Origin: Trichodelitschia bisporula
Lineage: Eukaryota
Assembly: GCA_010356995.1 (NCBI GenBank)
Contig: ML996691.1
Coordinates: 1,184,174 to 1,248,173 of the forward strand
Direction of reading: 5' to 3'
Length of the DNA stretch: 64,000 nucleotides
The notes beneath the pieces are model-generated. The model made no database searches. It was not told where the DNA came from and saw only the letters and a list, made by a program, of their open reading frames with translations. The position numbers were made by a program, and so were the translations under genes. Positions 1 through 11,905 of this stretch are shown here, piece by piece. The number at the start of each line of letters is the position of its first letter. Position 1 is the stretch's first letter.

Positions 1-1944
1 AGGATAAGTGCCTTGGAGAGGGCAACAAGGGGTCAAGGACAGGGGTGGGAGAAGATTTGTGTGGCAGGGTCAAGGTACGGTAAGAGAGGCGGGGCAAGGG
101 ACTCTTACGGAGCTTCCTCTTGACATTTGTTGGTTCCTCTCGCGTATGGTCATCGTCTTTCTCCGCACGGGAAGAGAAATAGGGCAGGTAGAGGGAGTAG
201 AGTTAGGGAGCTCTCGTTCTCTCTCTCTTCCCCTCATCGCTTCTCTCTTACTGTAAAGCCTCACCCACTGGTCATCGGCGAACACCTTGCTGGTGTTGGT
301 TCTTTGGAGATGTGGCTCAGCATCGTGCATAACTGGACATGCACGCTGCAAACCCTCAAAGATTAGTACGCATGTACTATATGTACGTACAGCAGTCGAG
401 AATACCCTCGAAGTTTGCGTACTGTACCCGTACGGCATATCAATCGCGTACTCCTCCTTCCTGCGCACCGCGTACGTACACATCATGACACGGCGGCGGA
501 ACTGAATGTGCGAAATACTGATGCAGATAATTCACGACCAAAGCCCATAACCAGCCGCCCTAAACGACTCCCACCTCCCTCCATGTCTGTCATCCTTCAT
601 CAGCCCGGCCGGTGGCAAAACGTCAGGCTGCTCTGGACCCTACTGGCGCGCCTCCGCGCACGGTACCGCAGATAGGCCCTGTGGCGATAATCCCCATGAC
701 AAGACGGGAAGTAGTAGACGAAACGAGAGAGTACTCTAATCCCGAAAAATAGCATTGAAGCGAGAACTCCCTCGCGCAAGGCCAACCACCAACCAACACA
801 CCGCGGCAACTTTCTACTTCTTTGCTAAGTAGCATGGTCAAACCGAAGTTAGCCTGAGCCGGGGCAAAAGTCAACTCGCGACAGGGAACTGCCGAACCAG
901 CTGAATGGTGGCGGCCACGGCGGCACTTCGCTGGGCAACTGCACTGCGGCAGCCCCCGGGAATGCGCAGCATGATTTGCGACGCCTTCACTTGTGTCCAA
1001 TCATGCCCTGTTCACACCCCAGAGCCTCCAGTTCTCGCTGCTCCCTCCTCCCAGGCTCCCCAGCCTTCAACTTCTTCGATCACCACATCTACCGGCTCTG
1101 GGCATCCTTCTTTGGCACAACTTTCAGCCCTCTTACCCGTAAGCCATCCACATGTGACATCAAAGTGGTGCCGATTCCCGCAATCGCGATATTAACCCTT
1201 TCCCGACCTACCACCTTGATCTCCGTGCCGTCAAGAATTCCCATCCAACCCTTGACCTCCTCCCCCACCCTATCCCCTCCGTCTCCGACGGCTTGACGGC
1301 GGCCCCTCCGCCAAGCGGCTGAAACATCAAACGCCGCTCGGAAACAAACCACCGTCCGCACTGACGGGCTTCTCCCGTTCTCACCGGCTTTGAGTCCCCT
1401 TCCCCAGCGGAAAGAAACTGAGGGTGGGAGAGAGGAGGGGTGGAGCATTGAGCCGATTGTTTCCCCCGCCTGAGACTCTTCATCCCGGCAGTTCAATGCT
1501 TCCTTTCTTGCTCCCTCCGTATCAGGCTCAGGCCACCAGGCACTAAGCCCGACTATCAAAAGCCGGTCGTTGGGCGAGCCCGGCCAGATCGCAGGGAGAC
1601 CTGCAGCGGCCAAGCAGAGCGCCCTAACCGTGCCATGGGCAGCCTGCGCACCCGCCCCTTCTGCGAGCTGGCGCGCCAGCCGCGTGAGCATGCGTGAGCT
1701 GTAGGGCCGTTCACGGTGATGAGCAAGATGCATCGCGCATCGCGAACTCTACTTACCCACAAACGACTGGTGCCGCTGAAATGGCCGCGTGTCAAGGGCA
1801 AGATCCGCCGTGGTGACGGTGCGCACGGCGGTACAAGCACCTGCGAAGACGTTGCAGTTGGTCGGCAAGGGCACTGCCAAATGCTGATTCGGACCGGTTT
1901 GGTGGGGATTTGCCGATGTGCTGCTGGGTTTTCCCCGCCCGGCT

Positions 1945-1978
1945 TATCGATTACCCGTATCGATTATCGATTATCGAT
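1945..1978. repeat. Four copies of TATCGAT (three in tandem)
   Basis: Copies start at 1945, 1958, 1965 and 1972. Confidence 0.8.
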
Positions 1979-4900
1979 AGGTGCAAGTGGGTTGGTTGAC
2001 AGCTGGTGATGTACCCCGCGTATGTTTGCACCGTGGTGAAAGAGGCATATCCTTGGGACTGTGACACCATAATTCGATGCACCAAGGCTATATTCCGGTA
2101 CTAACTACTGGCTGTCTTGTGGCGGCTGCGGTGACCGGTGACGCAACAGTCGCGCTTGCCATGCCGTTCAACCCCACCACTGAAGCGACATCGTACGCCA
2201 CAACCTCCAAAACATCAAATTCTTCTGCATCACCGCTGCATATCGGAAAATCTTCACCGTACTTGCGGTGTACATTGCTCGACCTGTTTGATTCTCGTTT
2301 CATGGTCCATTGGAAGCATTCCACTTATTTTTGAGACCTCGACCTCCTGAATTTATCTAATTTTCGCCCCATCTTCATCATCCATATTCTCCCTCAGTCA
2401 GACAGTTGATCTCTTTCTCGAATGATATTGAGACAGGGAGCACAAGCTGCACCTTGTTAATCAGCTCGCATGCATATGTCCGTGGTACGGCGCGCACACC
2501 AGCTGTCCTTCCCACAAACAACCTGCACCTTATCTTGACATGGTACTGGGTCTGTATTCCGAGAACTTCGTCAAGGATTTAGTCATGGCTGCAGTAAATT
2601 TCCAGGTCTAAGTCCGAGTATGCTACCGGTCACGTTGTATATCACCAAGTCTATTGCGAAAGTCCTTCTCAAAGACCGATATCACGACCAAAATACTCTC
2701 GAGCATCAAGGACCAACGAGCATCATCTGTTAACCACCAGCCGCCCCGCTATCGATAATCGAGCCTCGCCGATTGCAACGTGGAAGACGACGATGGGCGA
2801 ACAAAACGCCCCCATCATCTCTCGGTCGCCCATTCTAGTGTCATGCCCCCACCACACGCGACGACCAGATACGACTGATCAAATAATGCTTCCCCATCTC
2901 TCCATCGGAACGCATCATTCGTCCGGCTCTCAGACATACCTACCCGCGCACCAGCAAAATGTGCAGCGTGAGCGGTGCCAGCATCGTCACTCGCAGCTCT
3001 ACTCGTGAACGGCGAAGGAGCATTCTCAGCGCGTCGTCTTTGCTGAGTCCTCCACCAAGGATCCCCGCTTCCGTGCGCCGCGGCGCCTCCAAACCGTCGA
3101 GGCTTGTTCGTGACCAGGATTCTGCGGGTGCGCTGCCGCCGTGATTGGGTATAAGGGCGGTGTGGGTCGTGGTGCGCTGGCGGCGCTAAACCGCTGCGGG
3201 AGTTTGGAATGGATGGTGGACGGGGGGTGCAGGTGCCGTTGACTTGGTCCGGACGCATCTCTGGCTAGGGCGAATGTCACAGGTCCTCGGAACGCGAGTG
3301 AGGGCGACCAAGGACCGAAGGACGACTCTCCATCGCTCTCTGCCTTTTCTCTCTTCTTCGTCGAGTAAGAGGGAGAGATGGTTTCCATGGTGGAGTACCG
3401 GATCTGCGGATCGGCCGCCGCGAAAGTGAGTCTGGATGTCAACGTGGCATGGGGTGGGAGTCGGAACAGGACCAGAATTCCAGATGCGGTCTCCGGCCTG
3501 TCTGAGCCTGTGAGGAACTGGGATAAGAGTTTCGTATCGTGGAATCGCTGTCGTGTCCGCCCTCTTGGCAGCAAATTCCCGACGACTGAGCGAGGGAGAG
3601 AGGAAGGAAGACGCCTGTCCTTGCTTGCCTACTTGCTCACTTGCTTGACCTCTGCCTGGTCGCGCCAAAGCTTCTATCAATCATGATGCACACCCCCCCC
3701 GCCCTAACTCGCTAGCCTCGAGCGGGGTCAAGCCCCAGCGCACCCCACTACCCCCTCATCGAGTCGCAGAATCGTAGAATCGTAAACCCTCTCACCATCG
3801 AACCGGGGCACATAATCGCCTCTCCAAGATTCGCTGAAAAGCGGCTCTTGGCCCTACAGCCATTTCCCCCTCCCTCAATCCTTCAGCTGCAAGCAGCGAT
3901 CGTGCATCGGATCCGCACTCCGCACGCCGTCTCCGCGAGGATCGCGCGCCTGCATGAAACGCGCCGCGCACCACGCCGCCGTGTGCGCGTCGTGCACCGC
4001 TGAGCGGCGAGCGCTCTCTGCCGGGTCGTCGGTCGGCTTCAGTCTGCAGCTGGGCGTCCGCCCGCGGCGTTTCGAAGTTTCGAAACAGACGACGAGCGAG
4101 CAGCGCTGCGCGGCCATGACTCTGGAGGTGCGGCTGGCGGTCGGGAGCTCCCTATCCATGATCCTTCAGTCCTTTTTTTTTTGCTGAGGTCTGAATGTTT
4201 TGCTCGTAAGCTGCTTGCTCCTGCCGGTGCGCCGCCGCGATCCCGCAATGCGGATGCCTCAGCGCCCTGCGCAGCAGCACTCGGTGCCGGCTTGCGAGCT
4301 TCCGCACACACAATCTGCACTCCTCGCACCCTTTCCCGGCCTCAAGGTCTCCGCACCCGCGTCTGCGGATCGTACATCGTACGCATCCCGCTCGTAGAAC
4401 CTATCAGCGCGGGGCCGAAGATCTTGTCGCGAAAAGACCGTTGCACCAGCCGCGCCCGCGGTTCCGAGCATTTTCGTCCCGCAGGCTTTGTGAGACTGTG
4501 GCTGCCCGGGAGGGGGAAGAGCGGGGCGGTGCACGATGAGATGGTGGATCTGGCTTCTTTGACTTCGAGACGTGCGATGCGTCAGGAAAGGAGGGCAAGT
4601 AAGGCCACGAATTCGCAATCGCAGTGCCATCGTGCGAACGCGATCCTTCTATCCCGCCTTCTCTGCACATCGAGTCGTGTCCTGCCTCCGCCGCGGTATC
4701 CTGCGCGCCGCTCGTTTCTCCCGCCGAGAACCTGGTGGTCGTGCAGAATGCAGCAGGTCCGCTAGAAGGGAGGAACGCAGCTGCAAGGAGAAGCTGCATC
4801 AACGTGTCGTGCGCGTGTGTGTGGGCGGGCGTGGGGAATAGGAGCTGTCACGCTGTTGAGTCGTGATCATCGCTCTATCGTCGCGACTTCATCTCGTTTA

Positions 4901-7900
4901 CTCCCTCGCCACGATGTGCCGCGCTCACCGTCTTGTCGTCATAACCTTCTAAGTTTGGTCTTCGCTCAGGCGAGGCAACGCATAAATCTCCGCCTTTTTG
5001 ATCGTGGCATCTGCGTTGCACATGTCCCGTTCTGACCTTTCACCGTGTTCCCGCGGCCACCGTATGCCTTGCTCGAGTCAGCCGGCTCGGGCGTTTCGTG
5101 TTCAAATGCTGGCAAGTGTGTTTGCGCTCGACAACGATTACCCGGTCGGTTAGGAGGATATCCATCTAACATCCAGAGAGGCTGATCTTAGCCGTTCTCG
5201 CGATGCGCTGTTCGCGATGCCAGTATCTACTATGATATTGGCAAGGGTGATGATACCTCAAAAGTCATTGCCATCGGTTCCTCCGTCGAACCTGTCCATC
5301 TCGATTCTTCACCCGCGAGATTTCGGACCTCCCCAGCGTCTCCCTATCTACGGTAGTTTGCCCCTTCTGAACCCGAAGGCGAGGTTGAGCAATGTCCTTT
5401 CTTGCGCTGCAAACCAGGATCATCCGCGGAGGACCCCGCCCCCGCCATCGAGTCCTATCGATAACCCCTCGCCACATGCCCAATGGGCCTGCGTCGACGC
5501 ATTTGGTACCGACGCACCGGTCAACGTCCACTATCAATATGAGCAGCGCAGTAAGACCAGCCTCCATCGGCCTAGATTCTTTTTACTAGGGATTCACCGT
5601 CGTCGGCGCGCGCGATGTGGCAATTTCGCCTCTCCCTATCGGGCCAATCCCCGGTATCGCGGAGGCAAATCACCTAACCTCAACCGCTCGGACGGGCCGT
5701 AACGTCCACCACCCTCAACCCACAATCCACATCTGCCTCGCCACATCCATCCATCAACCCGCAACAACCTCCCGCTGCGAACCATGGCCGCTAAAAATGC
5801 CCAACCAACCCCACGCTGCAGATGCACACTGCAGCGGCGCGCGCGGGACGATCGATGTTGTGCATCAGAGCCAGGATGAAGAGAAGGCAAATCCAACGAC
5901 TCAGCCTTCCCCGCCTCGAGGCCGTGAGTGGTCGGTCCGCAATTTACCCGCAACGACCACAGCCAGTCTAGCCGACCCAGCCCAGCCGGCGGCGCGCGCG
6001 CGAGCCAGTCGTCGCGCCGCGCCGGCTGTCAGCGATCCCCGCCTCGGCGTGCGATTGGCTGGCCCGGTCGGCCTCGTATGCGAACGGTGAGTCCGAGCGG
6101 GCGCTGCTCAACGAGCTCACTTCGAGCCGGGCAAATCGCATTCACAGGACGCGCTTTTCGCCTCAGCAACCCCCCACGCGTTAAGCACCCCGCGTCGTCT
6201 GTCTGGCAGGGCCGACGCGCACGCGCATGCGCATCCAGCCGTTCCTGCAGTATGCGCGGCGCGGCGGAAATGCCGCGCGTGTGCATCGCGGGCTTGGCAC
6301 CGTTGCTGGCGCGGATTGGTGCGGGGGGTGTGCATATGCGTGTAAATTGGGTTCGTCGGGAGGGTGGGGAGGTTGAGGGGGCGGGGCGAAGGAGGTCATG
6401 TGTATGTCGAGGATCGAGGTCACGGTACGGACGTACCGTTTGCGCGGTTTGGATATTGTTCCGTGGAATGTGCACCCAGCCTCCAAGGTGAAAACGCACG
6501 AGGGATGAGGCTGGTGGCCGAGGCTGATGCGCCTCCAGGATTAGTAACCGCTCTCTGCGCCGGCCGGAATTCCTCGGCGAGTGTCGGCAGCAGCCTCGGC
6601 CTTACGCCCGCCGATAATCGGGCGCGCTTTCGCGATCTACCCGGACTTTTACGATATCGACCGCGGTATCGCGGACCGAGCGAATATCTCGGTGCTCACA
6701 GCCGAGCAGTGCCGTCCAGTGGATTGTAGTCTTATGCTGCACCGCATCCTTCTCCGCTCACGTCGATCCCGCCAGCGGAATCGGACGCCAAGCCTTTCCT
6801 CTCTCCGCCCGCACACCTCCACCCCCCACCAGCCACCCCCTCCGCCCCGCCCTCCCTTGGCACTCCCGCCCCCCACCCTCGGACCTCCGAGGCTCCACCC
6901 CAGCTCCCGGCGCAGATCCGCCGGCGATCCGCCATGATCCCCGCCGCGCACTCAGGGGTGCGCACTGTCCGCCGCAAGTGCAAGGCCCCCCGCCCCGCCG
7001 AACTCGGCTACGGTTGAAGATAGCTTGCCGATTGTCGGCGCTGAAGCTGAAATCCCGGAGTTGCGGGACTGCAGCTTTGCTGGAGTGTTTCCGCCAGCTG
7101 CTGGCTTACGAAGCACCCACTTGCTGGGCTCGCTTCATCCTGCCAGAATCTTTCGCGCAGTCGCTGAAGCTCTCACTTGCGCCCGCAAAGCGGGGTCGTG
7201 CACGGACGGTGCAGGCGCGCCAATCATAGCCCGCCACGTCTGGTGGCCGTGGGGCAGGGATGAAGTACGGGACAGGGGTGCTCAGCCGGGTCTATCCCAG
7301 TGGGGGTTGACTGGTGGGGGCCGATAGCGGGCGGAAGGCTGAGACGAGTGTCGAAGGCGCCGTTCGACAACGACTGGAATGCATTCTCGGGTTGGTCACG
7401 GAGCTTGGACGAGCGTGGTTCCTGCAGTAGAGCTGAGGCCGCAGAATGGGAATTTTGCCCGGGGCGATGATGCAACGTGACTGCTGCTGCGCAGAGGGAC
7501 GAGGTGAGGCTGCGCTGGGGGCACGACAACTTGTACGTTCTGCCCTCATTGCCCTCAGCCTCGAGTCTGGCGATGCGTGGGAGGCGTGGCGGCCGGTGGA
7601 CGGCACTTGGGATTGCCGGTCGTCGGACCGGGCTGAGGGCACGGTATTTGGAAGACGAAAGAGCGACGACGCCTTCGATGATATCGCTGCGTGCGCACCG
7701 CGCCCCCGTGGTACCGGTACGTACGGTACCGCCGCCATTGATGTCCGACGATATCAGACCTGCAGGCCGGGGGTGTACGTAACCCTTTCAACGGAGCGCA
7801 CTCGCTGGTCCGCGTGTCGAGGCCGATGCCAGCCTCGCGCACGGCGCGCTTCGTGTGCCCGCAAGCGCGCGCCAATGCGGGGGCCAATCCCGTTCACAGG

Positions 7901-10220
7901 TCCCCGACCTCATCATCTAGTATGCCGACGACAGACGTCGAGCGGACTTTCTTCCTGCTTGCAGAATGCATCTGCTCGTCGTCTTCTGGAGTCTACCCTG
8001 ACCTTACACCCCCAAACCGCGCCCCCGGCGCTCCTCCACGCGGCACGCCCACACGCTCATTGGTCGAATACCCGCGCCCCAACGCCCCCGCCCAACCAAA
8101 CCCGCCCCCGCCCTGAAGCGGAAGGTCCTCACCAGCCCCCCGCGCGCCGCGACCGGTGCGGGGTGCCAGTCATCCGCGGGGGAATGGCATCATGACCCAA
8201 ACACCGGACGACGCTCGCTAGACATAAGCCTGGCAGTACGAATCGAGAGCTCGTGGACTTCGCTACCGACCTCACGGCCGCAAAGGGGGTGGAACGCTTG
8301 GATAGATACGAGAATCTGGCATAAAGAACTCATAAGGCCTGCCGCCCGTCGTCATTCTTTTCGTTCTTCCCGCCTTCTCGAGCGAGACGTTGAGCACGGG
8401 CTCCTTCCTGTGGCGGCCGTGAGCCACACGTCCCAATGCGTGCCATCACGAACGCAATCCCGAGCACGGCACGCGGGAGGCCTGCCCCGCGCCCACACGA
8501 AGAAGCCAGCCTACTAGCCACCCAGCGCGGCGGGGCAGACGAAGTCATGATACTCTTACTCTCGCATCATAACTCGCCGCTCGGCCACGCGCTCGGCCGC
8601 CGGCCGCGGCGGCCGGCGCGTTTTGTGCGTATCTCGCGATGTATTACAGACGGCGTGAAGGCATTTGTGAAAAATGAAAAAAAAGCGGGTGGAAAAACGC
8701 CCCAAGCCGGCCGCGCAATCCCTCATCCTCGCTGCTGGTCCCCCGCTGGATCAATCCTTCATCCACCCTGCCTTCCCGGGTCCCCTCCATCTCTCCCCAG
8801 TCCCGATATCTGTCCCGCATCCCTCGGAGAACAGGACGTCGGCTACTTGCCCTATGAATGGAGGTCTACACCGCCCTTTGTGCGGGCTCAGAGGGCATAT
8901 GGCGGGGGGAAGGGTGTGGTGTGGGCGTTGGAGGTTGGTGTTCACAGTGGGGCGGGGTGGAGGGAGGGGGCAGTGGCGCTCGTTCGCGCGATTCGGGGCA
9001 ACTTTTTTCTTATTTTGTTTTTTTCCTTTATTTTTGAGGCAGCGCAATCAGATGTGTGTGCGGGTGGAGTATGTGCAGCGTGGGAAGCTTTGGATAGCCA
9101 GAAATCTGGTTGCTGGCTTGTTCCCTATTCAGGCGACCCCGCGCAACGTGGTGGGCCGTCGCTGGACGGCATGCTCGGTTGCGGGAGCGGAGCTGCTTCG
9201 TCCACCCGGCGGACCATTGGGTGAGCGAAACGCCGGGTGGGAATTGAGGGAGGGGGAGGGGGTGGGGTGGGAAGTTGTGCGGAGCGGCAGCCGGTGAGAG
9301 GCGCGCTTTCCGATACCTAATCTTATCCTGGTTCGATACTCGTGAGCCTTTTTTTTGCGGCCATCTCTTTGGGCTTCTTTTTTTGCTTTTCCTATCTTCG
9401 CCTGTTGCTCGTGATGTGCCCTGCTGCTTTGCTCTGCCCCGCCGAGAAGCTGTTATCGTCCCGGGCGAAGGATTGCGTTTGAGGGAGGGGGAATGGGCAT
9501 AGCTGGCCTTGGGGGCGCTAACCATTGGGGATTGGGTGCTCAAGTTCGCGGACTTACCACAGCAACTGACTCTCAGTGGGCAGCCTGATGGGATGCTCGA
9601 GTCGTGAAGTGGAAGGCAAGGGAAGGGAGACGGGGTGGCTTGGTGGGGTTCCCTGGGGGTCATCTTTCTCGTTGCGGGAATCCAGGACATGGTTTCGACC
9701 CATGGATTTAATGCGCGGCCATGACGGACTGCGGAAGCACAGCACCCACTTCCCTAGCATACCAGCGCGGGCGTACGACGGGATACAACGCCATCGCATC
9801 GAGGCGAGCAGGAACCCCGCTCAGCCTTTGCACGACAACCTTCGGGGAATTTATCTCCTCAAGGGCCGCCTGTGTTCCCAACAAGGGGAGGGCGAAGGTG
9901 GTGCGCAGACGGGAAGTTGTAGAACGCAACTAACGAGCAGAAAAGCGGGCGATCCAAGACGGCGGGGCTGAGGCCATGGACCATCATCGTCCTTGGTCGA
10001 CATCGCCGTCGTCGAGCCGGTTCCCCATTTCTCACCTCAAGAAAGGAAAACCGTGAAGCAGCAGCGGGAACTGCCGCGTCTGCTTGCTTCTGGCCTCACC
10101 CCGTCCCTTCCCCCAACCCCCCCAACCCCAATCCCGCGCAGGCAATGCACGACATTTCGAGCTGCATCATGTACGATGTGATTTCCCACTCGCCCCGTCC
10201 CGCGGTCGGGGTGGATTGAT

Positions 10221-10270
10221 TGCTTCTGCTGCTTGCTTCTGCTGCTTGCTGCTTGCTGCTTGCTGCTTGC
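10221..10270. repeat. Imperfect (TGCTGCT)n/(TGCTTC) simple repeat
   Basis: tgcttctgctgcttgcttctgctgcttgctgcttgctgcttgctgcttgc. Confidence 0.85.
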
Positions 10271-11272
10271 CGCTGGCGCTGCTGCTGCCCTACGCCCGCT
10301 CGTGCCTCACCTGCAATGCATCTGTACCTGAGATGCTAGCCGCGACTACTAGCACACATAACGCCTGGGGCCCCCTTTACCACCATAAGCCTTCGAGCAA
10401 GCAGCAGCGGGAGGCGGCGGGACTCCCCGCGCGCGGCTGGCAGCAGTAGTTTGGTAGCCGAAGAAGCAGAAGTAGAAGCAGAAGCAAGGAAGCTCGGAGG
10501 CGGGGTCGAGGAGGCGGGGAGGAGGGAACGACAAGGTGTAGATGACGTACCAAGCAACGGGGAGTTGTGATGTTTGCGAAATACGCAACGTATATGCGCG
10601 GCCGGTGAGCACCATGCGTGATTGAGAAGCCCTGTATGCGGTCGTGCCGGTGCTGCGTTGCGAGCCGCGATGCAATGCGGGCATGATGCACAGGATGCTC
10701 GTGTGATGTCATGATGTGCGTAATAGACTGTACTGCGCCTGCTCTCGTGGACATATAAACTTGGGCCTGAGCGAATATCAAACTCCGGGGTATGGTCATG
10801 TAGACGTCGACGAGGCAGATGTAGCCATGTCAGATCACCGTTATGCTTGTTGCTGATGGCTGAGAGGCCTCGAAAATGCTTCATGCCATATGGTCTTCTA
10901 AGTTCAGTCCGATCCGTGTTGATTTATTCTTGAATATTGGAGACGTGATGTTGCATTCGTTTGTTTGAAGCTCGTGGAGATCAGACGTCGCAAGGCAACA
11001 CTTTTTTCCGTAACTGTAGACTCCACTACATCCAACAACACATGATAAGCCTTTCTGAATAGGCAAGAAGTCAACATTCGGTCCCTTTAACTAAATGTTG
11101 GCAATGATCCGGTGAAGGAACTACAGGTACGGTTGATCTTGCCAGTTTGTCACTCGAGCTAAAGATGTCAGTGACCCCCAAAACATCAACATCAACCATC
11201 ACCGACTCGCCATAAATCCAATATCGCCCAGTCCAAAACTCATAGCCCTGGCCCACCTCGATCATCTTTACA

Positions 11273-11620
11273 ATGTCCAGCGCCAGCATCACTCCCCAAC
11301 CCTCCCCTCCCACGCCGTCACAGCAGTTCCTAAGCCAGTTCCTGACACGCACGCTCCGCATTACCACCACCGACCAGCGCATGTTCACAGGCCAAATGAA
11401 ATGCACCGACCGCGAATGCAACATCATCCTCAGCAACACGCACGAGTACCGCCCACCCACCACCGCCGAAATGTCAGCGCCACAGAACGCGAACCCCGCC
11501 GGCGTGGACCCTGCTTCGCGGTATGTGGGCCTGGTAGTTGTGCCCGGGAAGCACATTGTTAGAATCGAGGCGGAGAGTAGTTCGCTGGCGGCGAGTTCTA
11601 GAGTCGGTGGCGTGGCTTGA
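11273..11620 (+). CDS. MAK31: LSm-domain protein, NatC auxiliary subunit (Mak31/Naa38-like)
   Basis: Intronless 115-aa ORF. Has Sm1 motif (TLRITTTDQRMFTGQMKCTDRECNIIL) and Sm2 motif (RYVGLVVVPGKHIVRIE), typical of Mak31/LSMD1. Confidence 0.85.
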   Translation: MSSASITPQPSPPTPSQQFLSQFLTRTLRITTTDQRMFTGQMKCTDRECNIILSNTHEYRPPTTAEMSAPQNANPAGVDPASRYVGLVVVPGKHIVRIEAESSSLAASSRVGGVA

Positions 11621-11905
11621 TGGGGATCTGACGTGCTATGTAGGAGTTCGCGAACTGTACAATTGAATCTTTACTTGATTTTGCAAACCGGATGGGGTTG
11701 CTGGTTCGTCATGGCTAGGGGCTGTTGGGTTGCAAGGCGTCGCACTGATGCCGATATGGCGGTATCGATGGCATGTGGCCAAACCATGGTCAAGATCAGG
11801 GGACTTCATGAGCAACACAAGAATACAAACAGCACATCAAACCATCACTCATTTGCTATTCAACCTCTAGAAACGCCCTTTGGAACAAGCTCAACCGCTC
11901 ATGAA

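Noticed and set aside
3026..3388. 120-aa minus-strand ORF with good ATG context (METISPSY...)
   Set aside because: No recognisable domain and composition similar to random GC-rich ORFs; cannot be supported without expression data.
7446..9690. Several 200-260-aa ORFs in the left intergenic region
   Set aside because: Overlapping on both strands, Arg/Pro/Gly-rich and without motifs; expected by chance at this GC content.
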